Positions 49,455 through 59,526 of a DNA stretch of 59,670 bases are shown piece by piece. Under the pieces are notes generated by a model. It was not told the origin of the DNA. It ran no database searches and worked only from the letters and a program-made list of their open reading frames with translations. The DNA lies in the NCBI GenBank assembly GCA_043811375.1, contig JBDRNJ010000040.1:1-59670 (forward strand), written 5' to 3'. The stretch's first letter is position 1; each line of letters begins with the position of its first letter. Made by a program: the position numbers and the translations under genes. This stretch comes from a bacterium (GTDB lineage Bacteria; Zixibacteria; MSB-5A5; GN15; FEB-12).

Positions 49455-51323
49455 CTACTTAAGAGGGAGAATATCGCGCTTGATCATCTCCCACTTATCG
49501 GAGGCGGGATCATACTTGCAGTTGGCGAAGACCTTCCAATCGTCCTTCATGGACGGGAAGTCGGCCCGGAAGTAGTAACCCGGCCAGCGAGTCTCCTCGC
49601 GGAAGAGGATAGTCCTGACGTGAGCTTCGGCCTGCCACATACGATGCACGTTTTCCCAGCAGCGCATCAACTCATGCAGATCCTGAGCCGCCAGCTTCTC
49701 ACTGTCTTCTTTGAGGAAGGCCAGAAGTTCCAGCCCCTTTTCCAGCAACGGCTTGCTGGTGGTGAACTGGGTGCTGACACCACCCGCGTACTCGTCCATG
49801 ATCTTCTGAAGACGGAACATGAACATCTTCGGCTTGATGTATTCGGGGTTGATGTCGGGATCGGAAGAGCCACCCTTGTGCTGCTCGAACAGGTCGATCG
49901 GCGCCAGGATGGTTTTCTTGAGTCCCTCAACTTTGGCCATGTCAACCTTGGGCTCACCGGAGTTATCCACGGCGTAACTCACAGCCGACTTGGCCGCAAT
50001 ACGACCTTCGGCGTGGGAACCGGAAGAGAACTTGTGGCTGGATGCGCCAGTGGCGTCACCGGCCCCAAACATACCCGGTACCGTGCACATGCCGGTGTAA
50101 CCCCAGTGGTACTCTGGCGGCGCCAGGTCTTCCGGACCGCTGACCCAGGCACCGGAAGCGCCGGAGTGGGAACCGATGAAGTACGGTTCACAGGCGGCGA
50201 TTTCCGAAGGTTTCTCTTCCGGAGCGGTGTTGGTGGCCGCCCAGAGGATAGCCTGCGAGATGGTCATATCAAGGAAGTCTTCCCAGGCCTCGGATTCGAG
50301 TTCTTTGAGCTTTTTCTTGCGCTCTTTCTCGTCCGTTACCTGTTCGGACAGCTTGGCAATAGCTTCTTCCGTCCGCATGAAGATCGGACCCTTGCCGTCC
50401 ATAACGTCCAGCATCATCAGCCAGTTACGCAGGTTGGCCGGCACCGGCTTGACCATGCCGTAGGGTTTCCATTTTTCCAGTTCGGGGCGGCGGGTTTCCA
50501 TGTAGTTCTCACCCAGGCCGTTAGTGGCACGGGACTTAAACAGCAGGAACCAGGCTCCGACCGGACCATAGGCATCCTTGAACCGTACCGGAATGAAACG
50601 CACTTCCTGGCAGGTCATCTCAGCGCCACCCTTGATGGTGAAGTAGGCGCTGGCGCCGGAGTTAAACGGCGGATACCAGGAACGTCCCAGACCTTCGCCG
50701 GAAGAACGCGGCTTGAAGACGTGGACTGCGCCACCCATGGCAACCACGGTAGCCTTGGCTTTGAAAACATAGAACTTGTTCTCACGAACACTGAAGCCGA
50801 CTGCACCGACACATTTTCCATCCTCGATCAACGGTTCAGTGATAAAAACGCGCTCGTAGATGTTGTCCATACCCAGAGCGTTCTTGGCGGCTTCCGCCAC
50901 GATCACTTTGTAGGACTCACCATTGATCATCAACTGCCAGCGTCCCTCATGGACGTAGTTACCCTCGGCGTCTTTCCAGATCGGCAGACCCCACTTCTCG
51001 AAGAGATGCACGCTGGAGTCAACGTGACGAGCGATGCTGGCCACCAAATCCTCGCGGGTGACGCCCATCAGGTCGTTACGCACGTAGCCAATGTAATCCT
51101 GGATCGTATTCTGGCCGTCTTTAACACCAACATACTGGTTGATGGCTGAAAGTCCCATAGCCACGGCGCCGGAACGGTCCATGGCAGCCTTGTCGACCAG
51201 GGTAACTTTCAGGTTGTTTTTCTTTGCCCAGTAGGACGCCTCGACGGCTGCCCCACAGGCTGCCATGCCACCACCGATAATTAGTACATCAGTGTTGACT
51301 TCAACTGTCTCGAATTTAGCCAT
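49455..51323 (-). CDS. aprA: Adenylyl-sulfate reductase alpha subunit
   Basis: GGGMAACG, RSGAVAMGLSAIN, WQLMINGESYK, RFKDAYGPVGAWFL, HKFSSGSHAEGR, ETRWPGYY. Confidence 0.97.
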   Translation of the reverse strand: MAKFETVEVNTDVLIIGGGMAACGAAVEASYWAKKNNLKVTLVDKAAMDRSGAVAMGLSAINQYVGVKDGQNTIQDYIGYVRNDLMGVTREDLVASIARHVDSSVHLFEKWGLPIWKDAEGNYVHEGRWQLMINGESYKVIVAEAAKNALGMDNIYERVFITEPLIEDGKCVGAVGFSVRENKFYVFKAKATVVAMGGAVHVFKPRSSGEGLGRSWYPPFNSGASAYFTIKGGAEMTCQEVRFIPVRFKDAYGPVGAWFLLFKSRATNGLGENYMETRRPELEKWKPYGMVKPVPANLRNWLMMLDVMDGKGPIFMRTEEAIAKLSEQVTDEKERKKKLKELESEAWEDFLDMTISQAILWAATNTAPEEKPSEIAACEPYFIGSHSGASGAWVSGPEDLAPPEYHWGYTGMCTVPGMFGAGDATGASSHKFSSGSHAEGRIAAKSAVSYAVDNSGEPKVDMAKVEGLKKTILAPIDLFEQHKGGSSDPDINPEYIKPKMFMFRLQKIMDEYAGGVSTQFTTSKPLLEKGLELLAFLKEDSEKLAAQDLHELMRCWENVHRMWQAEAHVRTILFREETRWPGYYFRADFPSMKDDWKVFANCKYDPASDKWEMIKRDILPLK

Positions 51324-51341
51324 ATTGTCAACATTCCTTTC

Positions 51342-51782
51342 TTACTTTGCCGGTGGAAGATTGGCCATACCGGTGGAGGCCGGTTCGGTGAACAGTATCG
51401 GGCTCTTCAGATCATCGGTTCCGGTTTCGAAGCCACCATCGGGAACCGCCTGACCCTCAGGAGTGGTACGGATGGGGAACTTGAAGCGCTTGAGCATACC
51501 ATTGCGGAACTTAACCGTCCACATGATGCTGTCGGTGCTCCTCAGAGGAGTCACGGAAGCACCCAGGGGACAGAAGTCAGCATAGCCGCGAACCTCGACA
51601 GCCTGTACCGGGCATATCTTAACACAGCTATAACACTCCCAGCACATCTCCGGAGCCTGGTTGTAGGCCTTCATCAGGTCCTTGTCCAGAACCATCAGAT
51701 CATTGGGGCAGATGAACTGACAGGCTGTTTTGTCCAGTGCCTTACACCCGTCACATTTGTCCGGGATGACAAAACTTGGCAT
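51342..51782 (-). CDS. aprB: Adenylyl-sulfate reductase beta subunit
   Basis: MPSFV..KCDGCK...CQFICP, CWECYSCVKICP, KRFKFPIRTTPEG. Confidence 0.97.
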   Translation of the reverse strand: MPSFVIPDKCDGCKALDKTACQFICPNDLMVLDKDLMKAYNQAPEMCWECYSCVKICPVQAVEVRGYADFCPLGASVTPLRSTDSIMWTVKFRNGMLKRFKFPIRTTPEGQAVPDGGFETGTDDLKSPILFTEPASTGMANLPPAK

Positions 51783-51853
51783 TGCATCCTCCTTATTCAA
51801 TCACTGTTGAACAGAAAACGTTTATGTTTCTAATTTTAATTTTCAATTTTCGT

Positions 51854-53071
51854 CTATTTCTTGGCCTCGCCGGTGGCATGACCATGCATTTTAACCTCAA
51901 CTTTGTCGGTTAAACCGGCATAGTACTCGCGCAGGACCTCGAGTACCTCGGGGCGGCTGAACTCGGCCGGTACATCACCACCCTCCGAAAGAGACTTGCG
52001 CAGAGCCGTACCGCTGAGGAACAAACGATCTTCCTTGCCATGGGGACAGGTTTTCATGGACGCCATGCCGCCGCACTTGTAGCACCAGAAGGTCCAGTCA
52101 ATCGGCAGCATCTTGCATTCCAGGGCGCCGTCCCAGAGCTTGAAGAAGATATCCTGGGCATCAAAGGGACCGTAGTAATCACCGACACCGGCGTGATCGC
52201 GACCGATAATCATGTGCGAACAGCCGAAGTTCTGGCGGAAGACCGCGTGCAGCAGGGCTTCGCGCGGGCCGGCATAGCGCATATCCAGCGGATACCCGCC
52301 GGTAACCACGCGACCCTTGTCGAAGTAATTCTCAACCAGCGTGTTGATGCACTTGACGCGGACGTCGGCTGGAATGTCGCCCGGTTTGAGCTTGCCGACC
52401 AACTGGTGGATATACAGCCCGTCACTCACCTCAGTGGCGATCTTGGCCAGGTACTCATGTGAACGATGCATCGGGTTGCGCAACTGCAGAGCTGCAATAG
52501 TCTTCCAGCCCTTTTCTTCGAATATCTTGCGGCTTTCTGCCGGACGCTGGTAGATGCCGGCAAATTCCTTCGGGAAATAGCTCTCCGAAAGAACCTTCAC
52601 CGGACCGGCCAGGTTGAAGTCCTTCTGCTCCATCACCATCTTGACGCCCGGATGAGCTTCATCGGTGGTAGTGTATACACTCTTGCACTCAAAGGCTTTG
52701 TCTATCTGGTACGACTCGGTCACCTTCATCGTTGCCATGATCTCATTCGTCTCGCCGGACAGCAAACAGATCTCGGTACCGGGGTCGATCTTCTTGTCGT
52801 GGGAAAGTGTCACCGGAATCGGCCAGAAGATGCCGTTGGTCATCTTCATCTCTTCACAGACGCCCTTCCAGTCATCTTTACCCATGAACCCTTCCAGCGG
52901 AGTGAATCCGCCGATACCCAACATAATGATATCGCCCGTTTCACGAGACGAGAGTGTTACCCTGGGAAGCGTCGCCGCTTTCTTCAGTTCGTTTTCCTTC
53001 TCCTTACCTTCCAGAAGAAGGATCTTCAGCGTGTCGCCGCCATGAGGAGAAATCAGCTTCGATTTACTCAT
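51854..53071 (-). CDS. sat: Sulfate adenylyltransferase (dissimilatory type)
   Basis: [41 protein letters not shown]. Confidence 0.97.
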   Translation of the reverse strand: MSKSKLISPHGGDTLKILLLEGKEKENELKKAATLPRVTLSSRETGDIIMLGIGGFTPLEGFMGKDDWKGVCEEMKMTNGIFWPIPVTLSHDKKIDPGTEICLLSGETNEIMATMKVTESYQIDKAFECKSVYTTTDEAHPGVKMVMEQKDFNLAGPVKVLSESYFPKEFAGIYQRPAESRKIFEEKGWKTIAALQLRNPMHRSHEYLAKIATEVSDGLYIHQLVGKLKPGDIPADVRVKCINTLVENYFDKGRVVTGGYPLDMRYAGPREALLHAVFRQNFGCSHMIIGRDHAGVGDYYGPFDAQDIFFKLWDGALECKMLPIDWTFWCYKCGGMASMKTCPHGKEDRLFLSGTALRKSLSEGGDVPAEFSRPEVLEVLREYYAGLTDKVEVKMHGHATGEAKK

Positions 53072-53141
53072 AGTTTAACCCTGTTTATAGAGGAATTCAA
53101 GTGTTCCAAGTTCACAACCATAATCCAAATTACCCTCAAGA

Positions 53142-53159
53142 ATGTGATTTTTTTCACAA
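53142..53159. promoter_or_regulatory. Rex/CRP-like operator upstream of sat
   Basis: Minus strand TTGTGAAAAAAATCACAT. Confidence 0.7.
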
Positions 53160-53218
53160 TCCATTGACCACAAACCGGCCGTTTCAAATCACTGTTGCCG
53201 TTTGTCTACAGTGCAGTG

Positions 53219-53247
53219 ACTGTACCCTATTTCCCGGTAACTGTCAA
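53219..53247 (-). promoter_or_regulatory. Putative sigma70 promoter of sat-aprBA
   Basis: TTGACA-N17-TACAGT on the minus strand. Confidence 0.6.
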
Positions 53248-53648
53248 GGGAAATATCGCTATTTCCACACTTTTTTCGTTTATTCTCAACTACTTGAAGT
53301 CTTCAAACCGGTTCTGACTGGCTAAGTTACAGTAAATGCCGCACTTGCATCTGTATTACGGTCAAACCTGTCAGACTTGAGCCACCGTATTACCGGGTTA
53401 TATTGCTCTGGACAGTAACTCTGCATCCGAGGATTTTGAATAATGGAATGCCGTATCTTATAATCCGACAATTAGTTACAAGGCATCAATTATTGCGTGG
53501 GAGACTCTCGATGGTTGTCTATTCGGACCGGTGGGACCAATAGCGGTTCGGTGACATCGGTGATACGTTCTTCTGCCGGTGAGCACAATCGAGACATTGA
53601 TCATGACTGTGGCGCCTCAGCCCATTTTCCGGTGTTTCATAGGATACA

Positions 53649-53702
53649 TTGTGAAAACTGTAACGAAAAAGCCTTGACAGCGAAAGGAACCGCCAATATC
53701 AT
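53649..53702 (+). promoter_or_regulatory. Rex/CRP-like site plus sigma70 promoter of qmoC
   Basis: TTGTGAAAACTGTAACGA (53649-53666), then TTGACA-N17-TATCAT (53674-53702). Confidence 0.6.
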
Positions 53703-53780
53703 GGCGCCAGCAGAACTGGTCGGATTACACAGGTTACGGTCGGGTCAGATTTGTGGGTTTGAAGCATAAGGAGATTGTCG

Positions 53781-54956
53781 ATGGCCGGTGGACAACTGGC
53801 AGAACCAGATCTGAAACTCATTCGCGAAGTCCGCAAGACCGGTGGGGACAGCGTCAAAAAATGCTTCCAGTGCGCCACATGCTCTACGGTATGCAATCTC
53901 TCTCCGGCCGATAATCCGTTCCCACGCAAAGAGATGATCTGGGCTCAATGGGGCCAGACCGATCGGCTGGCGGCTGACCCTGATCTGTGGTTGTGTCACC
54001 AGTGCAATGACTGCAGCACTTATTGCCCGCGCGGAGCCAGGCCGGGTGATGTTCTGGCCGCACTCCGAACATACATTTACGGCCACTATGCGATCCCTTC
54101 GTTTATGGGCAAAGCTCTGGCCCGTCCGGCGGCACTGCCGATTCTGTTCCTGGTGCCGGTGGTGCTTCTATTGGCATCGATTCTACTCTTCGCACCGACT
54201 ACACCCGACGGCGGTTTCCAGTTTATGCAGAGCGACCAACCGATCGATTTCAACCTCTTCCTGCCGCACAGCGCCGTTGATGGCTTATTCGTATTCGGCA
54301 ACATCCTGATCTTCATATTCGCAGGCGTGGGGTTGTCCCGATTCTGGAAAGCGCTACAAGGTGACGGTGAGGTGAAACTGTCATTTATTTCAGGGTTGGT
54401 ACTGATGCTCAAGGAATTCCTCGGGCACGGCATGTTCAGAAAATGTGAGGCCAACCGTCCGCGAGCCACCGGTCACATGCTGCTCTTCTTTGGATTTCTG
54501 GGGGCGATGATCACTACCGGTTGTGTGTTTATTTTTATCTTTGTACCGCATTACCTGCAACTGCTGGGAGTGGAGAGCCTGAGCCCCTTCTTTGAGTTAC
54601 CGATTGAATTCCCGCACCCGGTAAAGATCCTGGGTGGTTTGAGCGGTCTGGCGTTGATAATCGGCGGCGGTATGCTGTTATGGCGGCGCTGGTCGAACAG
54701 CGACGGGGTGGGCGCCAACGGATACGCCGATCACCTGTTCCTATATATTTTGTCTCTGGTTGGCCTGACCGGGATGCTCTCCTGGCTGACTCGCCTGACC
54801 GAAGTAGCGATGCTGGCCTATGTCAATTATTTCATTCACCTGGTGTTTGTCTATGTGTTGCTGTGGTACATGCCCTATTCCAAATTTGCCCATATGATTT
54901 ACCGTACGCTGGCTCTGACGCACGCCAAACAGATCGGCCGCGCTGCGCGATCATAG
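53781..54956 (+). CDS. qmoC: Quinone-interacting membrane-bound oxidoreductase subunit C
   Basis: AAGGAG RBS, CFQCATCSTVC, FPRKEMIWAQWG, CHQCNDCS..CPRGA, heme-b TM domain ending PYSKFAH..YR. Confidence 0.93.
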   Translation: MAGGQLAEPDLKLIREVRKTGGDSVKKCFQCATCSTVCNLSPADNPFPRKEMIWAQWGQTDRLAADPDLWLCHQCNDCSTYCPRGARPGDVLAALRTYIYGHYAIPSFMGKALARPAALPILFLVPVVLLLASILLFAPTTPDGGFQFMQSDQPIDFNLFLPHSAVDGLFVFGNILIFIFAGVGLSRFWKALQGDGEVKLSFISGLVLMLKEFLGHGMFRKCEANRPRATGHMLLFFGFLGAMITTGCVFIFIFVPHYLQLLGVESLSPFFELPIEFPHPVKILGGLSGLALIIGGGMLLWRRWSNSDGVGANGYADHLFLYILSLVGLTGMLSWLTRLTEVAMLAYVNYFIHLVFVYVLLWYMPYSKFAHMIYRTLALTHAKQIGRAARS

Positions 54957-55193
54957 GTACATAAAAGCAGCCACGAACCTCATTGTAGTTGTGCGGTTCA
55001 AAGTATAACTGATTCCTCAGAGCATTCGCTTTCTTTCCTGGCGGTTTTACCAAAGCTCCCATTTCTCTTGTTGCTATGACAGGGCAACAGGCCTTAAATA
55101 TAGCTGACGACTCGCCGGCGCGAGAGCTGACCGGGGGTGATTTTTACGCCCTCTGGTGGGTAATCTCTGTGGGGGAAGGGAAGGAGCAGCTAT

Positions 55194-56522
55194 ATGAAAA
55201 ACGGTATCAGCACCCTGTGGAAAAACGAGGACTGGTGGGCGATCTGGTTCGCCTTCATAATTATTGCCGGTGCGCTGGCTCGAATCGTACCGAAAATACC
55301 TAAGATCGGCACATGGACCGGCAACCCGCTGGATGCCTTTCTGGTAATCAAGGACGGTGTAGCCAGTGGTAATATCCTGCTGCCGTTGCTGGGTCTGATG
55401 GTTTTCCTGGGAATATTGACGGCCATTGGCGTTAGCTTCATGAAGATCGAACGGATCGCCAAATACCTGGCCGGGTTTGCCGGGGTTTTTGTTCTGTCCT
55501 GTATCGCATACTGGATAGCGCACCAAACCAACGTCAAGTACTGGGGCCTGAGCTACGCCATGTGGGCACTGTTGGTGGGATTGCTGATCTCCAACACAAT
55601 CGGCACCCCCGGCTGGTTGCGTGCCGGCGCACGTACGGAGATGTTCATCAAAACGGGGCTGGTACTGCTGGGGGCTGAGATTCTGTTTAAGAAGATACTG
55701 TCACTGGGGGCGCCCGGCCTGATGGTGGCCTGGATCGTTACCCCCATCGTGGTCATCTTTATGTACAAGTACGCCACCAGATTTCTGAAGATGAAAAACA
55801 AGTCACTGGCGATAATCATTGCTTCGGCAACATCGGTATGCGGTGTTTCGGCTGCTATCGCCGCCGCTGCCGCCTGCCGCGCCAAAAAGGAAGACCTGAC
55901 CCTGGCGGTAGGTATGACACTAATCTTTACGGTGCTGATGATGTTTTTCATGCCAATCGGTATCAAAGCGATCGGGATGCATCACATTCTGGGCGCCGCC
56001 TGGATGGGTGGCACAATCGACTCCACCGGAGCGGTGGTTGCCGCCGGGTCGATGTTAGGACCGGAAGCGGAAAGAGTCGCTGCCGTCATCAAAATGATCC
56101 AGAACGTTCTCATCGGCGTGCTGGCATTTGGTATTGCCATCTACTGGGTGACCTCGGTTGAGCGCGTCCCGGGCGGCCCACGACCGAACCTGATGGAAAT
56201 CTGGTATCGCTTTCCCAAATTCGTCATTGGTTTTGTGGCGGCTTCGCTTCTGTTCTCGTTCATTGTTGTCCCGGCTATGCACGGCGATTTCAAGATGGTC
56301 GAGTCGACCTTCATCAAACCGATCACCAGGGTGTTACGGGGCTGGTTTTTCTGCCTGGCTTTTGTTTCGATTGGGTTGGAATCGAACTTTCGTGACCTGG
56401 CCAAACGCATGGAGGGAGGTAAGCCGATGAACCTGTATGTGGTAGGTCAGTCATTCAACCTGGTGCTGACACTGCTGGTGGCCTACCTGGCTTTCTTCGT
56501 CTTCTTTCCCAATGCTATCTAA
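55194..56522 (+). CDS. YeiH / putative sulfate exporter family transporter
   Basis: NEDWWAIW, IKTGLVLLGAE, SVCGVSAAIA, GGTIDSTGAVVAAG, RFPKFV.GF. Confidence 0.88.
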   Translation: MKNGISTLWKNEDWWAIWFAFIIIAGALARIVPKIPKIGTWTGNPLDAFLVIKDGVASGNILLPLLGLMVFLGILTAIGVSFMKIERIAKYLAGFAGVFVLSCIAYWIAHQTNVKYWGLSYAMWALLVGLLISNTIGTPGWLRAGARTEMFIKTGLVLLGAEILFKKILSLGAPGLMVAWIVTPIVVIFMYKYATRFLKMKNKSLAIIIASATSVCGVSAAIAAAAACRAKKEDLTLAVGMTLIFTVLMMFFMPIGIKAIGMHHILGAAWMGGTIDSTGAVVAAGSMLGPEAERVAAVIKMIQNVLIGVLAFGIAIYWVTSVERVPGGPRPNLMEIWYRFPKFVIGFVAASLLFSFIVVPAMHGDFKMVESTFIKPITRVLRGWFFCLAFVSIGLESNFRDLAKRMEGGKPMNLYVVGQSFNLVLTLLVAYLAFFVFFPNAI

Positions 56523-56531
56523 GGTGATAAG

Positions 56532-56837
56532 GTGAAACCAACCGGGCCACATGATCCTGCCGACACGATAGCCGGTACGCGCCTGAAAGACTGGCTGAAG
56601 TTCGCCGCCGGCCTGGTCACACTCCTGGCCCTGGCAGCTTTCTTTGCGTCAGGATATACACCACCGGGCGTGCTGGGTGAGGTGTTGCGGCACAACCAGG
56701 TATGCGACATCGATGCCTCGCCGTTGTTCTACTCCGAGGTGGAGAACATGTCCGAACTGGAAGATGGGGTGCGGCAGATGCGACAGCAGGCAAAAATGCG
56801 GCAGACCCCGCATGATACGGGGCCTGCCGAAAAATGA
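56532..56837 (+). CDS. Small single-TM hypothetical protein
   Basis: Starts 10 nt after the transporter. TM segment followed by DIDASPLFYSEVE. Confidence 0.65.
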   Translation: MKPTGPHDPADTIAGTRLKDWLKFAAGLVTLLALAAFFASGYTPPGVLGEVLRHNQVCDIDASPLFYSEVENMSELEDGVRQMRQQAKMRQTPHDTGPAEK

Positions 56838-59273
56838 TTACGGTCCGAATAGATATGTTACCAGAGCCGTTATGTCGCCGACGTTGATCTCGCCGCTGCC
56901 GTCCACGTCCGCCGTTTCCATAACCGGCGGTGGATCGCCGTCCTGGAACATATAAGCCACCAGGTAGGTGATGTCTCCAACGTTAATATCTCCACTAAAA
57001 TCAACATCACCCCGCAGCAAACCGGCAACAGTCACATCGCCAATGACGGCAAAAGGACTCAGGTCGTTGAATCCGCCACTCACCAGATAGTTGTGCAGAG
57101 ATGTATCGTACTGCGGTATATAGCCTTCGGTGAACTCCCCGGCGGAGAAGGTGATCTCCAATATGTCCCCGATGAATCCCGACCAGGCGGGGATAATCTG
57201 CACCGTCAACGGTGTTATGGTGCCGTTGATGAGGAGAGTTGATGTGTCAATATCACTGACGTCATAACCGGAAAAATCGCCAATGTAGACAGTGCCGATC
57301 AGAATATCCGGCAGGAAAGCCCAGTAGCTGGAAAAAGTATCGGGTACTATGACTGCCTGCGAGCCGGTAAAGCCCATAAGCACAATCGACTCCTCGATCC
57401 CGAGCAGGCCGTCATACGAGGCGTGAGCTTCTTCCAGCAGGCCGTCGCCGGTGTAGGTAATCAGAAATCCGGGTTCGAACACCGGGGCATGCATAACTGA
57501 AAAGTCTGGCGTGAGCAAAACCCGCGTGAAAGTGCTGTCATAAGCATTCGCCATTTGAAGACCGTTGACCAGGTTGGTCGGTTCGATCTCGCCACGGAAG
57601 ACCAGGTAGACCGCCGAAAGACTGTCCGGATAAGCAACCTCGACTATGCGGTTAGTCGCGTCCTGCGTAAACACGGCGGTGTCAAACGGCGCTCTGGGGA
57701 AAGGCATGGCGTCACCGACGATGTTTCGCCACAGGTAAACCAGATCGTCAAGCGTTAACAGCACAGCATCGGCATTGACATCGGTGTTCTGTGCTTGAAC
57801 CTCAGGATCAATCAAAAAAGCATCCAGCCCGTACATGAGGTAGTTGACAAAGACTACCCAATCAGCGATTTCGTACGCTATCCCATTGAGGTTGATGTCG
57901 CCACGGTCATCGATGGAATCGTGGCAGAGGACTTCAATGCCGCCATTGTAGTAATCAATCATCCGGACCGGGGGCGTTTTACCACCGGTGCTGTCGAGGC
58001 AGGTGTCCGGAGCGCCGTAGAAAGTGGGGAAGGGAGCATCCTGATCAATCCGGACATAGCCACCCTGATAGTCGTACACTTCGCGGGAAACGTACAGCGT
58101 CTCTCCGGTCAGGTTGCTGAAGCTGTTGTCGCCGCAATCAAACCAGATAGGTCGGATCGGCAGCAACAGGCAGTCCAGGGCGGAGTCGTTGGCCACCAGA
58201 AAACTCAGGCTGACCAGTTCTCCCAAGGTATCACCATAGCAACTCGGATGCGGCGTGCCGTTATTGAGGTCGGCCACTGCCACCACCCGCGCGATACCCG
58301 AAGGGCAAGCCGTGCCGCCGCAGTCGGCACCGGTTCCCTGACGGTACTCGAAATACTCCCACTGGCAATCGACCAGCATCTGGCCGGGATCGGCCGATAA
58401 CAGTGTGAGGGCCAGAGTATCGAAGCTAAACAGAAGGTCAAAACCGCCAATCTCAAAACCGGGATCGACGCTGAACCAGTTTATACCGACGTCAACCTGC
58501 TGGTCGATGTCACTCTCCGCAATTTCAAACACCACCGACGGCGGTTCGGAGCAGGAAATGTTGACGCCGCCATTATAAATATCAATCATCCGGACCGGCG
58601 GCGTTATACCACCGGGGCTGTCAATGCAGGTATCAGATGCGCCGAAGTAAGTTGGGAAGGTGGCATTCTGGTCGATCTGGACATAGTAGCCTTCCCAATC
58701 GTAAACATCACGGGAGACGTACAGCGTCTCGCCGGTCAAATTGCTGAAGCTGTTGTCGCCGCAATCAAACCAGATGCACCGGACAGGCAGGTACTGACAG
58801 TCAAGAATCTCCTCATCGGCAACCTGGAAACTCAGGTTGACCAGTTCACCTGAAGTGTCGCCGTAGCAACTCGGATGAGGTGTGCCGTTATTGAGGTCGG
58901 CCACCGCTACAACGCGGGCGATACCCGAAGGACAGACCGAGTCGCCGCAGTCGGTACCAGCTCCCTGACGCCATTCGAAATACTCCCACTTACAGTCAAC
59001 CAGCATCTGACCGGGATCAGCCGATAACAGTGTGAGGGCCAGAGTATCGAAGCTGAACAGAAGGTCAAAACCGCCAATCTCAAAACCGGGATCAATGTTG
59101 AACCAGTTTATACCGACATCAACCTGCTGGCCGATGTCACTCTCCACAATTTCAAACACCACCGACGGCTGGTCGGTTGGTTGTGCCCGGGCTGCCGGCG
59201 GCAGGGCAAACCAGGCACAGATCAGTATCAGGCTCAATGATGCCCGACAAATGAAAGCGCCACGTTCCGTCAT
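56838..59273 (-). CDS. Secreted protein with two tandem cohesin-like domains and two dockerin-like modules
   Basis: AAGGAAGGAG RBS, signal peptide, duplicated GGFDLLFSFD...WEYF domain, RGDINLNG and C-terminal RGDVDFSG/ADVDGSG motifs. Confidence 0.8.
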   Translation of the reverse strand: MTERGAFICRASLSLILICAWFALPPAARAQPTDQPSVVFEIVESDIGQQVDVGINWFNIDPGFEIGGFDLLFSFDTLALTLLSADPGQMLVDCKWEYFEWRQGAGTDCGDSVCPSGIARVVAVADLNNGTPHPSCYGDTSGELVNLSFQVADEEILDCQYLPVRCIWFDCGDNSFSNLTGETLYVSRDVYDWEGYYVQIDQNATFPTYFGASDTCIDSPGGITPPVRMIDIYNGGVNISCSEPPSVVFEIAESDIDQQVDVGINWFSVDPGFEIGGFDLLFSFDTLALTLLSADPGQMLVDCQWEYFEYRQGTGADCGGTACPSGIARVVAVADLNNGTPHPSCYGDTLGELVSLSFLVANDSALDCLLLPIRPIWFDCGDNSFSNLTGETLYVSREVYDYQGGYVRIDQDAPFPTFYGAPDTCLDSTGGKTPPVRMIDYYNGGIEVLCHDSIDDRGDINLNGIAYEIADWVVFVNYLMYGLDAFLIDPEVQAQNTDVNADAVLLTLDDLVYLWRNIVGDAMPFPRAPFDTAVFTQDATNRIVEVAYPDSLSAVYLVFRGEIEPTNLVNGLQMANAYDSTFTRVLLTPDFSVMHAPVFEPGFLITYTGDGLLEEAHASYDGLLGIEESIVLMGFTGSQAVIVPDTFSSYWAFLPDILIGTVYIGDFSGYDVSDIDTSTLLINGTITPLTVQIIPAWSGFIGDILEITFSAGEFTEGYIPQYDTSLHNYLVSGGFNDLSPFAVIGDVTVAGLLRGDVDFSGDINVGDITYLVAYMFQDGDPPPVMETADVDGSGEINVGDITALVTYLFGP
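57939..59168. repeat. Intragenic direct repeat, 627-bp period (57939-58541 and 58566-59168)
   Basis: Aligned anchors TTCAAACACCACCGACGG and ATCAATCATCCGGACCGG at a 627-bp offset. Confidence 0.92.
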
Positions 59274-59526
59274 GACTTCTCCTTCCTTTAAGGGTCGTCT
59301 TAGCAGGTCAAGAACTATAGCGCTGGTACGATCTGGTAACCTTATGCGATTCTATGTAGATATATTGCAGTAGCTATTATTCAGGCCTAAAAATAAGTGA
59401 TTCCCACTGCGATGTCAAGTGGTTTTTAGCGATTTTGAGAAATCACCCCGCCCAAATCCATTGACCTCTCAACCCATTATGGGTATATTGCGATGGTAGG
59501 GTATATGAAATGAATGGGGAGATTTT

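Noticed and set aside
49440..51149. 569-aa plus-strand ORF
   Set aside because: Antisense shadow of aprA caused by codon bias. It has no RBS or recognisable motifs.
51342..51782. Short AprB C-terminal tail as a marker of sulfur disproportionation
   Set aside because: AprBs of this length also occur in non-disproportionating organisms, so the feature is not diagnostic.
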